From Trichoplax adhaerens (taxonomy: Eukaryota > Animalia > Placozoa), in NCBI RefSeq assembly GCF_000150275.1, contig NW_002060994.1, forward strand, positions 3,718 through 45,087: DNA of 41,370 bases, given 5' to 3'. The notes below the pieces were generated by a model. The model saw only the letters and a list, made by a program, of their open reading frames with translations. It did not search any database and had not been told where the DNA came from. This document shows, piece by piece, positions 13,201-26,600 of this stretch. Each line of letters begins with the position of its first letter. Position 1 is the stretch's first letter. The position numbers and the translations under genes were made by a program.

Positions 13201-16200
13201 AGAAAAGTTACAACCGGATGACCAAAAATTATTTATTATGCTTGGAATTTTCAGAAAGTCGAAAATATCCGTAAATTTGATTGGCAGTCTCTGGAAGCTA
13301 CCTTTGAGTACTGTCAGAATGAAATTGCAACAATTTCATTGTAGATCTTTGCTGACGTCCAGGAATTACAAAGAAGATCCGGAATACCGAACGTAATTTT
13401 AACTTGAAGCAAATTATTCAGAATATCGTATGAATTATCTTTGCATACAATATATTTATTTACGTACGTGTTTTTGAAGTCCTTACTTTTCTATATTACA
13501 TAAAAGGGATCATGCCATCTTGCACGACTTAATGGTTGATCACTTAAAGAATCTCTTAGATAATGAATGGGAGAAACATGGACTACATGAAGATTTTGTA
13601 TTGCAAACGTACATAAAACATGCCAACAACTGGGATATTTTTAAAGGTGATCAGTACTTTTGGAACTTCATCACAGACCATGCTATTGCAAGTGGAAACC
13701 AAGATATCATTAAGAAGATTGCAACTGACGTTCGATTTCTCGATCAAAAACTGAAATACGGTATTCCTACCAAAAGGCTCTCTGATGATGCAAATAAGTT
13801 CAGCAAATATTTTGATGATAAAGTAAATATAAAATACGTTTTGGTACTGTTTCTGTTATACGAAGAGTAAGAATGATTCGACGGTGATTTCCTCTTCTTA
13901 TAGGATCAAGAAATGAACCATCTGTCTCAAATCTTGCTGCTACATAGTTGTTTTTTGTTAAAAAATAATAGCGATTTCACTCAATTCGTACTGAATTTCT
14001 CAAATTCGGATTATGCGCTATACGAAAATGCAATTATAGAGGCACGGGAACGCAGAAAATATGGTCATAGTTTTCATGTCATACCTTGGTAAGAAAGCCA
14101 GTCTTGATAATGAGCATAATCTGAAATTGTATAATTATCGCAGAACCAACAATATCTATTATTTAAGGGTAACGGAAATGAAGGTATTAGACGATTGGCA
14201 AGCATCAATAAGTGTTGGCACCAGCTTCAGTGATGTTCATCGTAGATTTGCATGCACTTGTTTGGAAAACTTAGATGTAATTTGTACTTTCAATAATGGC
14301 CATGATGTCTCCACCATAAGTGTACGCATAAGTTTATGTTTACTTAGCAAATTAACAGGGACAGATTAAATCAGTACAAAAATGTTTAAAATACTTATCA
14401 TTCATTTTTAAATATAATAATTTAAATCATTTTAATTTCTATCCAACGTTGACTCTTCCACACTAGGTAAGGAATTACATATCATCAATGACTCAAATTA
14501 ATATCCGCGTCGAAAAAAGACATATTACGAATGCAATACTTTCTGCAACTGGTAAATTAATGGCATATCGTTATGTAAATGCATCGGTAAGGAATGCTAT
14601 TAAAAACAAATTTTTTTGCGTAAAATTCAAAATGAGCCGCAACAAGCGATTTTCCATCAACTTTCAGCTGAATTATATCATGCATATCAATTAACTTATC
14701 TTAAATTAGTAAAATATTAGTTACCGATCATTCTTAAGCGCTAATGGAACCAAAAAATAGTTTTTACGCATGGTATAGTGCACATGAATGATAATGCATT
14801 TTAATATAAGTTTATTTTATGACTATTAATAGCGAAATCAAACAGATATTAGTGAATTCTGGGAAGTATGGGATTTGAATGAAGGGAAAAAGATGAATAT
14901 CCGAAACCAACGAGGAGAATTCGTATCGGAGCTGGATTCTGAATGCATGAGCTTTTCTAGTATGGATGAGTCTATTGTAATTACCTTAACATCAAATAAG
15001 AAAAAGTTTAAAGTAAGGTTCTGGGCTTGATGTTTATTGACTACAAGATTATGCCTTTAATTATCTTTTATCGACAACGTTTTGTCATCTTCAACTTACC
15101 AAATCTAATCCATTTGACGTAGTGTTGGAAAGTTCAAGAAATGACACTGAGACAAGTATGTGAATCTAGGGAGCAAAATTTTCAGACTGAAGGATTTGAT
15201 TTTGTTGAAAATGGATCAAACATATTATCTTGGCATAAGAACTTTAATCACGGAGACAGTGATCTGCAAGAGTGTGAAATTATGGTAAATATATGCGCCA
15301 CAAGATTATTAAGCGATGATAGTGATGCCACAAAATATCGAATTACTATAAATTGTAATGTGACTACAAGACCTCGTTAAACCTTCGCTCGTTAGAGCTT
15401 AGTAACGACGTAATAACAAACGTTCTTTCTAATTCAGATATGGGATGTCAAATCTCTAAGGGAACGATGGATAATGAGAGTCCCGTATTCAATTTCAAAT
15501 ATGATAGATGATACCTTTGTTCAGATACAAATCTCATGCTTAAAAGGTGTAAAATATTTTATTGAAGATTTGTTACTTTTGAATTATAACTATGCGCTCG
15601 GCATGATACCAAGTAAAGAAATTGAAATCGGAAAAGCAAATATTGCGGAATCCTTTTGTAGCTCTTTCTTCTTTATTCATCAAAATGAATATATCATCGA
15701 TTTTGCAATTTCAAATAATAGTCCATATATTGCTATTTTGACAGACGCACTATCGTTTTGCAAAATTCTTGTAAGTAGGTAATAGATTACTGAAACGCTA
15801 GCAATGTAAGCTATTTATATTTGATGTCTTTTTTTGGTAGATTCTTCGCTACGAAAATAAGCAAGTATTCACATCTACCATGATAAAATGCTTAAAGAAT
15901 AGTGTTTCAATAACATTCATGCCAGGAATGCTAGACCTTTGGGTATATAATTCCAGTAATCTGGCCATATATCAATATGGAGTTCAGAACTATAATTCTC
16001 AAGATCCTATAGATGATACCGTTATCGTAGCTTCAGAGTCAACCTGTATAGGAGGAATGCCAATAGTTGCAAGAATAGGATTGAAAGATCAAGGCACAGT
16101 TTTCTTAGAGGTAAATTTTACTAAAATAGAAACTGTTATTTCCCGAATAACTGAGCATTGCTTATGTTGTATTAATGTCCAGGTTCTACCTGTAGGTAAA

Positions 16201-18350
16201 CAGGGGCCTTGAATCTGAAAAGCTGTCATGCTGTAACATTTCTCCCAATGCTAAAATGGCACCTTCTAAATCTATGTACAAAATATTTCTAATAGAAGAT
16301 CTCAAGAGTCTGATTATTGTGGAGATTTCTTATTGTAATAAGAACTGCCATCTTTATAAAGACAGTCTGAATCATAGTCATATCGTTACAATGGTGAGTA
16401 AAGAAAGCCCATTTCCTAAATATTAGAGAGTAATCTTTGATGGAATGGAGGCCAAAAGCTCGTCAGAAACCTTCTGGGTTATCACGACTCCTGCTAATTT
16501 ATTCCAGATAGAAATTTATATCACCAGAGCAAATTATTTTCAATACATCATTATGAATAGCAGTATTAGACTCTAATTTAAGAAGCAGTAGCTTAAATAT
16601 AACGATTTAAAGCCTTAAATTAAAATTTTTCTGATGCAGAGAAAAGACTTTGACAATATTAATGAAAACGTCTGGATAAACTATGAAGTCCTAAATGTTA
16701 ATAGAGAAAAATTTAAATGCAAATTTGAATACAGAAGATGTGATAACATCCTCATATGCATTCTCTGGTTATCAGAAACGGTTAGCAGCCGAAATTGAAA
16801 TGCTATATTGCCTAAATGCTGTATCAGTTAATCTATTCATTGCTATATTTGGACGTCTTGGCAACAAGCTAAAACCATTACGTAAACTTATTACTCTTCT
16901 GCCATAGGTACTAAAATTTAATGTGCTTGCTTACGAAACTGGAGATATATTAGCCACACTCGAGGATGATTCTTATTACTCTACGTTCGTCTATCATGAT
17001 GAATTTAGTTTTGTAATATATTGCCGAACATCAAGTAAAATGCACTATATCAAGGTATTAAATCATACAATGAATTTAAAATTACTTTATAAGCATAATC
17101 TTTCTAGAAGATTTTGGAGAATTTGCGGATTCTATCAATGTATTTTAGCTTCTTTTGAGGAAGGTATCAGTCCTTATTATACGAAGCTATAAAATAATGA
17201 AGTATGATCTAAGTATTAATCAATAACTTAAAATTTATACTCACTTAAAACGACAAATGACGAAGCAAACAATGAAATACTGCTTTCAACCTGTTAAAAA
17301 AGAAGTATTGAATATTAGTATTTCCATAAATCTTACTACCGTATGCTAGGAAATAACTCAAAGCCATTGGGACAGTAGTATTCATGATCTAATTGGCGAC
17401 AAGCAATTCTCAAAACGTGCTCAAAACCGCAGTAGTCGGAATTTTTTGTGTTCTTATACTTTCTTAATGGACGAACACTGTTTATTTACCGTACTGAATT
17501 AATTCTTAAATAGTTTATATCTTTTCAATAACTAGGTCTATGAATTTGAATCAGACAAAATTATGGTTAAACAAACCAATTTAACGACATGTAACAAAGC
17601 GACTACGTACCTTTGTTATCTGTCAGTAACATCTCATTGCGTTAGTCCCTCTAACTTCATCGATATTGATGATTCAGAACACCTGAAAAATTATTTTGAA
17701 CAAAAATATATTGGATGGGTAAGGAAAAATCGGGTAATCTTTGCAATTGAAAATTATTATCATGTTAGATCTAACGGAAGTGTTCACTGATATATGAGCA
17801 CCATAAGAAGATGGGTTTCTAATTACTTTTATCGCATTCATTTGAGGCTTTATAAATACTGCAGCCGCCATATAAAATATCTGTTATAACACCAACTTTT
17901 TACTTTTCCGTATTTTGATCTAGTTACGAAGTCTACCGAAATCAGTTTATTTTTATGTGCGCATAAAGGAGGACTTCGTGGTAAACAAATATCAAATTGA
18001 CCGTAAATACTTTTTACGCAACACTAATAAGGCAAGAATTAGCCTGAATGTGCTCTTACTTTTATATTTAGGTTTATGACAGCCAGCAATCAGTTCGAAG
18101 TATAGGATATAGAGAATGCAGCATAAATATTCCCTTGGATGCAAGATATGCAAAAACTTTGACCAAGAATTTTGTAATTTATCTGTATGGTGGTAAAATT
18201 TATATACATCGCAAGGAGAAAATGCAACTTGTACAGGTTATTCACTCACCTGTGACGGCATCGCTTATTACAGTAAAATGTGACAAGAATGAAAGCCTAC
18301 TCATTAGTCGTGATATTCATCATCAGTATTCATTTTTTAGTAGAATATGA
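8812..18350 (+). CDS. Apaf-1-like STAND/NLR-type protein: uncharacterised N-terminal domain + NB-ARC + WD40-like repeats (multi-exon)
   Basis: Phase-consistent GT-AG exon path read by eye: 8812-10213, 12032-12250, 12392-12520, 12660-12814, 12935-13392, 13507-13822, 13904-14088, 14168-14321, 14467-14586, 14833-15012, 15123-15284, 15438-15770, 15841-16110, 16196-16393, 16640-16780, 16908-17054, 17350-17490, 17536-17763, 17924-17980, 18072-18350. The NB-ARC identity is strong. The exon1-exon2 join and the 3' exons are less certain. Confidence 0.7.
11200..11967 (+). pseudogene. Putative decayed CARD-like and linker exons inside intron 1 of the Apaf-1-like gene
   Basis: Fragments AAM*INRIKTDFCKII/NVLIAK (~11250-11320) and AQITSKLTRQ-GYSSFVTVLETI* (after the acceptor at 11436). 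Exon 11895-11967 reads LRLTYPQFENKLVSVAK*QIRLTEG and joins GIPDTP as in the Apaf-1 LCEG-GVPQRP junction. It has an in-frame stop and a GC donor. Confidence 0.4.
12032..13822 (+). CDS. NB-ARC NTPase module (exons 2-6), Apaf-1/CED-4 type
   Basis: GIP..P..YITR pre-P-loop motif, Walker A GIGGGGKT (12145-12168), Walker B ILFIFDDLWD, sensor-1 IIISRN, CQGLPLMI (GLPL), winged-helix SLW...RSLL, LHDL (MHD motif), then Apaf-1 HD2-like YFWNFITDH...FLDQKL. Confidence 0.93.
14168..18350 (+). CDS. Divergent WD40-like beta-propeller region of the Apaf-1-like protein
   Basis: Repeated phase-0 exons with blade-like motifs: ITNAILSATGKLMAY, WEVWDLNEGK, IWDVKS, IIDFAISNNSPYIAI, LSCCNISPNAK, VYEFESDK. Confidence 0.7.
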
Positions 18351-20439
18351 AATTTTTATTGGTTTTCTTCGCAGACCTGGTAGAATAAATTCACGTAACT
18401 TTGAAAGGTTGAAGAATTTAGGATTTTTACACTGGTCAATAACGAAAAATTTAGATTCACGTTCGTTATTTACTGCCACGAGTACTACAGCTGGAAACTA
18501 TACCAACCATTATTTTTTAGCCTAAAAGTGACATAAATACAGAGTATCATCTATTGCAGTGTAGATACGGAGTGAATCATGTTTAATGTTGTCGTAAGAA
18601 TTTAAATTTACTGGATAACAAGTTTCTGCAATTCATAAGTATGTAGCTAGTCTCAAATTTAATTGACGTTATTAGATTAACACGAAGATCACTTTACCAG
18701 GGATCCTAAATTCCAGTGTTACATAATAGAATTATCTTTGATTGCTATTAACTTGACTATTACCAGCTGATATTATATACTTATTGTGATTTCTATACAC
18801 ATTTAATCGTTCTAAAATGAGGAACTAATCTTCTAATCACAAATTATGCCTTTTTGCACAAGAGGATTTCGTAATGAAAAGCCGCACCTAAATACTTAAG
18901 CGATTTAATCTTCATTAACAACTGATTTAGAATGAAAAATTTAATCATCCGTACGCCAAAGTAAACTTTTCATCTCTTTTGTAATCTGAATAAAAATCAG
19001 CTGAAATGTAGTTTTCAACTTACACTCATAAATGATAACTCGCAGATAGCCAACCAACGATAAGTGTTTAGCAAAAAATACACAGTATCATGAAACTTTC
19101 TCTTGATGGATTTTATCATTACGAACGAATAGATAAGAATAAATAACCTTCCGTATCAAACTAATGATGTACTGGTATAATATATAATAAGTAACAATCA
19201 TTCGAATACGCGATCGATATTATTAAGCACACTAGATACGCACCACAAAGGTATCACATTTAAAGTTAAAATATGTGATCCCATGCAATGGGATATGAAC
19301 ACAATCAGGAAATCAATTAAAATTGATGCAAATCTGATGATAATACTCGATGTCATAAACTCGTGAATAATTTATTAGTTTTAATAATAAAGTTATTTAT
19401 GATAATCTAGTATTTAGCGTTAAAGTACTTCGTTTTCTGGACTGTTTCTGAAAGCCTTCCTTCGTAATTTTCGTTAGCAGCACAATGCAAACCTTAGCGG
19501 CATGGAATAAACTTTTTTACTCAGTTAATTCTCATCAGATCTAGAGTCGTCGAATGAAGATTACAATTTAAGATATTACTTCTTTGACGACTTCTAAACA
19601 TGGAACATAATTAAGAGGCTTGTGCCATTAACCCTTCAAAGCAAAACTTTCATGTTTTAATTTAATATAGGATAGATATACGAAATTGCAAATGAAGGCA
19701 AAATCTATCAACAACTCATATTGTACAGTATTGAGATACAAAGGAAAGAATTTACTTTAAATTGTATTTGATAATCACCTTTTGTAATGTTCCTAGCTCA
19801 TTCTTTGCAACTTGAGAATGAAGTAGTCGTACGGTATTCATAGACTTTATTAGATTAGGCTACAACTTCATTTATAAGTGTACAAGTTTTACCACGCAAA
19901 GTTAACAAAATTCGAGAAGAGAAATCTCTGACATACTTTACGAAATATAAACGATCTTTCCGGAACTCAAAATTCTAGAAGTGAATAAGCAGAAGATAAT
20001 GAGTTTAAACTACAGTTTATCAATCTAGTGAATGAATCTATTTTATCGGACCCCTAATCTAACGTTAAATGAAAATTTCTATTTGGCCCTTCATGATAAG
20101 TGAAGTAAAAAAAGATTTTATAGCCCTCTAGATATTACACCAAAAATTTCCGTCATGAGTGCCGCATAATTCTTAATCTGTCCACCCAAAGAAAGATTAA
20201 AATTGTGGCAATAAACATAGTCAATTTCTAACATTAACTTACTCAATTACTTAAAGATTAAAAGTTAAAGAACTACATAGAAATATTATATGCGTTGTAA
20301 CGTTACTTTAGGGGTATGCAGCTAAAGAGAGTGTTGTGCCAAAAGTAGAATTGTTTCCTTTCGATGCAGTATTTAACGCATCGACGCAGATCAATCTTTT
20401 AAATTTATTCGTGAATGTTGAATTTTCTAACGTCAATAA

Positions 20440-21485
20440 CTGAGATATTCCAGTTTTCAAAAAAGCTTCTTCCACCCATGTCGTACAAATGCGCTTAAAT
20501 AGAAGTTACCTTTGACGAAGAGTAATAAAAGTGTTACAGTCACAAAATATGCGGGAAGATCAGAGTTGCCATCCAAATAGGCAAGACGTTTTGTTACAAG
20601 TCTGCGAAGGGCGAGTGGAACAAGAACATGAAGGATTAATTACACATCCTCCTTCTGTTAAAGTAGTAGCAGACCATCACAAAATTATCGCTGAAGTATT
20701 TGGAAATCCTATAAACCCGTCTTAACTTGCAGTGCGGGCTATTATTTCACTAACATAAGATATTGTTAACGAAATTAATAATCAAGTCGTTCACCGAACA
20801 AATGGACAAGTACGCGAATAGATCAGTGTTGACGAACTGGTAGAGGCCAGCACGATGTCATTCCAACGAGTAATTGAACACATTTTTACCGGTAGGAAGA
20901 ATGCCTCCTCATAGCCTAAAGCTCAAAGCTAGGTGCGTATTTATATGGCTGAGAAACATTGACAAGAAAAATGGTATCCTTAATGATACGCGAATTCAAG
21001 TCACCTATACACATCGATATACTATTTAGGGTAGGATTATGACTCAAGGTGCACATCAAGGAAAGATAGCCATGATACCTCGAATCAAAATAACGCCTTC
21101 TGACAATGAATTGCCTTTCATGTTCGCAAGATTAAAATTTCTGTACGATTAGTATTCGCAAATACAGCGAACAAATTATAATGCCAAACTCTCGATAAAA
21201 TTGGCCTGGAATTATCAACTCAATTCTTTACTAATGTATTGCCTTATGGTGCATTCTCAAGAGTAAGACATGCGCCCTCAGCAATTATTACTACAAATCG
21301 GAAATTCAAAAGTGTAGTCTTTGAGCAGGTTTTTCGAACTTAACTATGAGATTTCATGCCTTAAGTGCATACATAATTTATATACGGGACATCAACACTG
21401 ACGGCAATACGCTTATATGCTAGCGCTTCCTGAAATCTTTTCACGCATTCATGGATTATCACGCAATGAGCGGGTACTTTACTCG
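20440..21485 (+). mobile_element. Decayed Helitron 3' part (Pif1-family helicase C-terminus, with stops and frameshifts)
   Basis: Translates to ...SQNMR...LLQVCEG...RAIISLT*DIVNEINN...MPPHSLKLK...WLRNIDKKNGILNDTR...IPRIKITPSDNELPFMFAR.F/.VRLVFANTANKL*CQTLDKIGL...YGAFSRVR...VVFEQVF* (stop ~21342). A degenerate 3' hairpin (CGCAATGAGCG) is followed by CTCG-T at 21482-21486, versus canonical CTAG-T. Confidence 0.9.
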
Positions 21486-23843
21486 TTCGATGTTTATAAT
21501 ATTGCAGTCAAGTTTTACGGCATGTATTTGGTAGCGGTATTTAGGGTCAGATGGAAAAGTCTACAACTTGTATTTGATGTTATTTCCAAAATAATGATAA
21601 ATTTTACAGTATTGTAAGCCGCTATAGGTTATTACCTCGCTATAACTCGATATCGATGCATGGAAATTTGAATTTAAAATTGAAGAAAAGAACCAGTAGA
21701 TTGATTCTCTCACTCAACTGATAAATTGTACTAACTCTAATCCTACAATTCTAGGTCACCAATAATTTCCAGTTGAGATTGGTTGCAAATCGCTAAATAT
21801 ATTAGAGCAAAAAGTTGCTACTTCACTCATACGGCATATTGATATTAATCCATAAATTGTATAGAAGACATGAATTTATTTTGTCTTACCATCATATTAA
21901 TTCGAATAAATTCGCTTGATCTTATTTAAAATTTAACAGAGAATTTTCGCCTCTTGCAATTCGTATTTCTTGAAACTAAAGACTTATCTTGAGACCTGTT
22001 ATATTGCTAAGCCACCATTCAGACTTTCAATATTACCGAGCTGATGCTACGGCAAATTTTTGTCTAGTCGAAGTTTGTATATGTACAGATAACATAGTTT
22101 TGCAATCCTATATACGTGATGATGATCAGCCGCTGGGCCTCCTTTGATAAGAACATCGAGGTAGCAAAAATAAGTATTTAGAGTTTAAAATTAAAAATTC
22201 TGTATTTCGTTTGGTTGCATACTTAAATAATATACCCATGCAAGTTTTATCAACATTTTAACAAACTGTAATTGAGGTATAATTATATGTAGGGACTATC
22301 CGAAAAAACGAGTAGTCCTTGCAATATACTAAACCAAGTATACTTAACTTCACTCATTCTACTAAATTAATCAGAAATGCACTAATTTGATTAAAATGTG
22401 GCTGCTAACTAATAATCTTCCAATTTAGAGCTGAAATATGTAATACGTACAACAACAAGCACGTCAAAAAGTATTAGTTTCTTGATCCATTTGAAACCAA
22501 AACTACACTACGATTATAAGTGCATCTTCTTGGAATCAAGAAAATAATAGATGTGACACCGCAAGCGTGTGTGACTTTACAATAATCGGTTTTTAGATAT
22601 TATACTTACGGTTTTTAAAGAGACTGTCATAATCAGCAGGCCGATTTATGATCGTATGGCAACTCCTATGCCTCACTGTCAGTCCCACAAAAAGGTACTG
22701 CTGAATTATATTCTATTCGAAACTCATAAGGTACCTTAATGTTTCAAATTTTACTAATTAGCGTGCTGATACTGAGAATGAGATTATACCACAAATCCAA
22801 TATACTGTATAATGTTAAAGGTAAATTAGTATCGGTAAAGAAACTAATTGAAAAATTGTACCTGATATACAGTATAATGTTGCAAGATCTGACATAGGTA
22901 CAAGGAACAAATACTGTCCACTAAGAATGATAAATTAAATGGCGGCTCAAGCAACAAACCACACTTCTGGTTACTAAGATGATATCTATGTTTATATCTA
23001 TATTATCTATAATATCGCACGCATAGAAATATGAAAAATGAAGGGTTACAAAGTAATTTTGTCTTGCAGTGCAATAAAATTACCTTAGTGATACACCACA
23101 ATTTGTAATATGGCAAAAGATTTATTAGTCCAGCCTGCTTTACTGCACCTAAATAATCTTGCAATGTTGAAAACTTTATTAATGCTAGCGAGCTAAGAAG
23201 GTGCTTAATTCTAACATCAACAAAGAAAATAAAATGGGATGTAACGACATTATCTTACGAACATTATAATACCTGCCTACTATAGCATTTCATATCTAGA
23301 CTTCAAGACCTATTCAAAGTATCACCTATTACAGTTATCATTTCAGTTTAATGACAAAAAATGGTTTTCTAATAATTTACATAAAGTCCTCCACATCCCT
23401 TACTGGTTTGTCCTTACGGACAAATAATTATAATCTGTTCAACATCATGCGTAAATCTTTTTACCCATATAAAAGACTAAATAAGTTACAGATTTTTATA
23501 TCATGCCAATCATATGCGATATTGTAACAAGACGAAATATTAGCAACGACTTAGTGAATTAGAAAGAAAATTGTTGAATATTTGTTATTTATTAAGGAAA
23601 TATCTTAGAATACCATTTTATTAAAATACTTATTTTCATAGTAATTAAATGTGGCATTCCTTTACTCTTATCCATGAAACACTTTCCGAGAAATTTAAAT
23701 TTCTAGATTTATTTTCGAAATAAATTAAACCTGCATAATGTAAAACCACGAAAGCAAAACTAACAAATACTACCAAACGATTAAATAGCTAAGTGGACAC
23801 TGGAACACTTTACCTTATAGTTTTAGCATTACCTTATTCAGCC

Positions 23844-24593
23844 CTAATAATCTACAAAATCATCCAGTAAATCGGGCTTAATTATAATTTTTTTGGTTTT
23901 GTTACACATATAAAAATTGGACAAAAAATAGAAGCGACTATAAAAGCGAACCACTAAGTATAATATCAACTGTTGTTTATCAACGATCAGAATTCTGTAG
24001 TATTTAGAGTCTCTTCTAACGTGAAGGCTAAGAATTTCTGTTGGATCTGATAGCCGTTCTAGTCTACAATTTTCTAAATTGAGATCTCCGCATTTATCGG
24101 TAAAACTTTTATCAAAATGCATAACAAAAAATGATAGAAGACTTTGACTGTTAATGTCATAAACAAAATCTGCAAAATTCTTTCGGCAGTCATCGCCATT
24201 ATTAGGTCCGATTGCAAAAGTTTTATATATTGCTGGATAAGTTGGGTTTCCTGAAGTATCTTCATAATTACCAAATTGAAGTGTTCCAAATACATAATAG
24301 AGCTCTGATGGGCCATTTTCATTTTCGATCAAGGCTTCCATAATCTTACTAAATTGTTTACGTAATTTCAGATACAACGGATCAGCTTCATCTTTTATAT
24401 TCTTCATATTTTTAACAATTTTATCCAAGATTCCATAGTAGCATTCAAGTTTCGTTTGTGAACGTATCATATTGCTTACAATTTTAAGATGTAAATCTAA
24501 CCAAAAGCATTCATCTTTTCCATGTAAATGACTAGATTTATCGCCAAGAAACAATTCAACAGCATTTCGCAACTCTTTCTCCAAATAATCCAT
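23844..24593 (-). CDS. Uncharacterised intronless protein (249 aa), paralogue A
   Basis: Open frame; the ATG at 24593 (MDYLEKELR) aligns with the paralogue B start. Shared motifs GKDExFWLDLHLK, FGxLQ, LNLxNCxL, LYLxVxFYxRxYFxSNF, KPDLLDDFV. Confidence 0.85.
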   Translation of the reverse strand: MDYLEKELRNAVELFLGDKSSHLHGKDECFWLDLHLKIVSNMIRSQTKLECYYGILDKIVKNMKNIKDEADPLYLKLRKQFSKIMEALIENENGPSELYYVFGTLQFGNYEDTSGNPTYPAIYKTFAIGPNNGDDCRKNFADFVYDINSQSLLSFFVMHFDKSFTDKCGDLNLENCRLERLSDPTEILSLHVRRDSKYYRILIVDKQQLILYLVVRFYSRFYFLSNFYMCNKTKKIIIKPDLLDDFVDY

Positions 24594-26600
24594 GACGTGA
24601 ATGACCCAACATCGCAAATTCGTTTTGTATGGCAAAATGTTAAATGTACGGTAATTATAATTGGCTATGTTTGTAACTTACGGCATTGAGTTAATTGTAG
24701 ATGGAAACATCTGCTTATTTGGGCTTATTATTTTAAATATATTTATCAACATGTTATTCATTAAGATTAACTTTTAAACATTCAAGAAACCCAACTAAGG
24801 ATTTTCTTGTCTTTACGGTACGATACCGTACCTCGATTGCTAAGCGTATTTGCTTGATACTGATAACATGCTGTTATGTTCACTTTTTATGATACACTGC
24901 TATTATTTTCTGCAGTTAAAAAAGGAAGTCTTTAAAATTTCTCTAAAGTGATCAAAATTTATGTGTAAGCATATCATAACTCCGAAGTTAGACTTGGGTT
25001 TATTTCCTTTAATTTACTATAACTTGCACGTAAATTGCTGAGTTTGCACCCCATTAAACATTAGCTATCATGCATAGTTTAATGAAATAAAGTTGTACAT
25101 CAACCGCACAGTGCATCGGGCTCCAGTTAGTTCACATTTACCTACTGTGCCACTGCTATACACTGAAGACAAGGCCGACATTCAGTGAGACTTCTTCACG
25201 TTACTCATCTACGGTCATTTTCGAGACCAGAAATGCAATATTTTATTATTCAATCTCTGGTTGATGTAGCAGAAAAGTAGACATATTTATGCAATTATGT
25301 TAGCAATGCAAGTACGTGATTTGGCTAGTTAATGAGAGCTTGGAATTCACATTTCGCTTGATGCAGTAACTAAAATTGATGCATTTTTAAAATTTGCAGA
25401 ATATTACAGTACTATACCTCATCTTCAGTCTTAAATTTGGCAAAATAAGGCGCAGCAACCCTATAACTCATAACTGAAATACTTTTATTTACTCATAGAT
25501 TATTCAGTTACAGAATCATCAGTATTTAAATATGCTGTAGTGGTATATAGGCATTCGTAGATAGCTATATACTATAATTCGACGAACGCTTGTTGAAATG
25601 AAGTAGCTGTTTCATTACAATATATATAATTGTTATGCAAATTCAGTTAAATTAAAATGATAGTAAAAATGTCTTTATCTTTACACTCGATGCACTGTGC
25701 TATTATCATTGCTATATTTCTACGCTTCATTTAGTACTCCTAAAGCAATAGGACATATAATATACGCCAATAAGTAATTGTGAACGATAGCAAGTTAGTA
25801 ATAGTAATATAAATATCATGTATGTTAGTTTACGTTCGATTACGCTATGGTGAGGCATTTCAAATGTTTTTTTCAGGGATATCTAACTATAAAGTAAAAA
25901 AATAATATTGTTTTTCGATATCCCACGATAATCTTTCAATTAAAGGTAAAATGCATATTAAGGATAACACATTATTCTGTAGGAAATGCCATTTACAAGA
26001 CTATACTGGATACTGTATTGATTAAGAAAAAGTACCAGTATATCACAATACAGTATTATAGCCAATAGGAAGCAATTTCCAAACTTAAGACAATTCACAA
26101 CGCCAAACGAATTGCGTAGTGTCCAATTACGTCAAGTTCTATCCCCAGTTTTAGAACAACCTTACATTCAACGTTTTCAGTTTACAAGAACTACCTCTCA
26201 CGACTGTAAATTGATATTATGCTCCATATTTATTGGAAATTTATGTTTACAATTATAATTTCATTTCCAAGGACACTTAATTTGCTCAATTAGAGAGTCA
26301 AGAACAGCCTGAATGGTGAAGTGTAGCATGCCATGCCGAAGGATACGAAATAAGAAACTCGTGGATGTGACTACTTATTTATCGCTGCAGGAGTAGCTAA
26401 TATTAACGTTTTCCATAAAGATTGTTATCAGAAGCATGGAATCTAGAAAATTTCAAAACAAACAAGTTCAAATAAGTACATATTTTTTTCAAAGCAACTA
26501 GGATCAACGTCATAAATAACGAAGAAATAAGTAACGTCGTATGTGCGTTATATATAACTAAGTTAAATAAAACGAGCTACAAAGATAGGTAAATTGTCCG

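Noticed and set aside
22289-22322. 10-bp hairpin GTAGGGACTA...TAGTCCTTGC
   Set aside because: Isolated and dependent on G-U pairs, with no context for a terminator or element end.
24074-24322. 82-aa ORF nested in paralogue A
   Set aside because: Alternative frame of a supported CDS, with no independent evidence.
25100-25132. Possible second Helitron 3' end (CCGCACAGTGCATCGGG...TTAGT)
   Set aside because: Imperfect hairpin, no CTRR, and no associated Helitron sequence.
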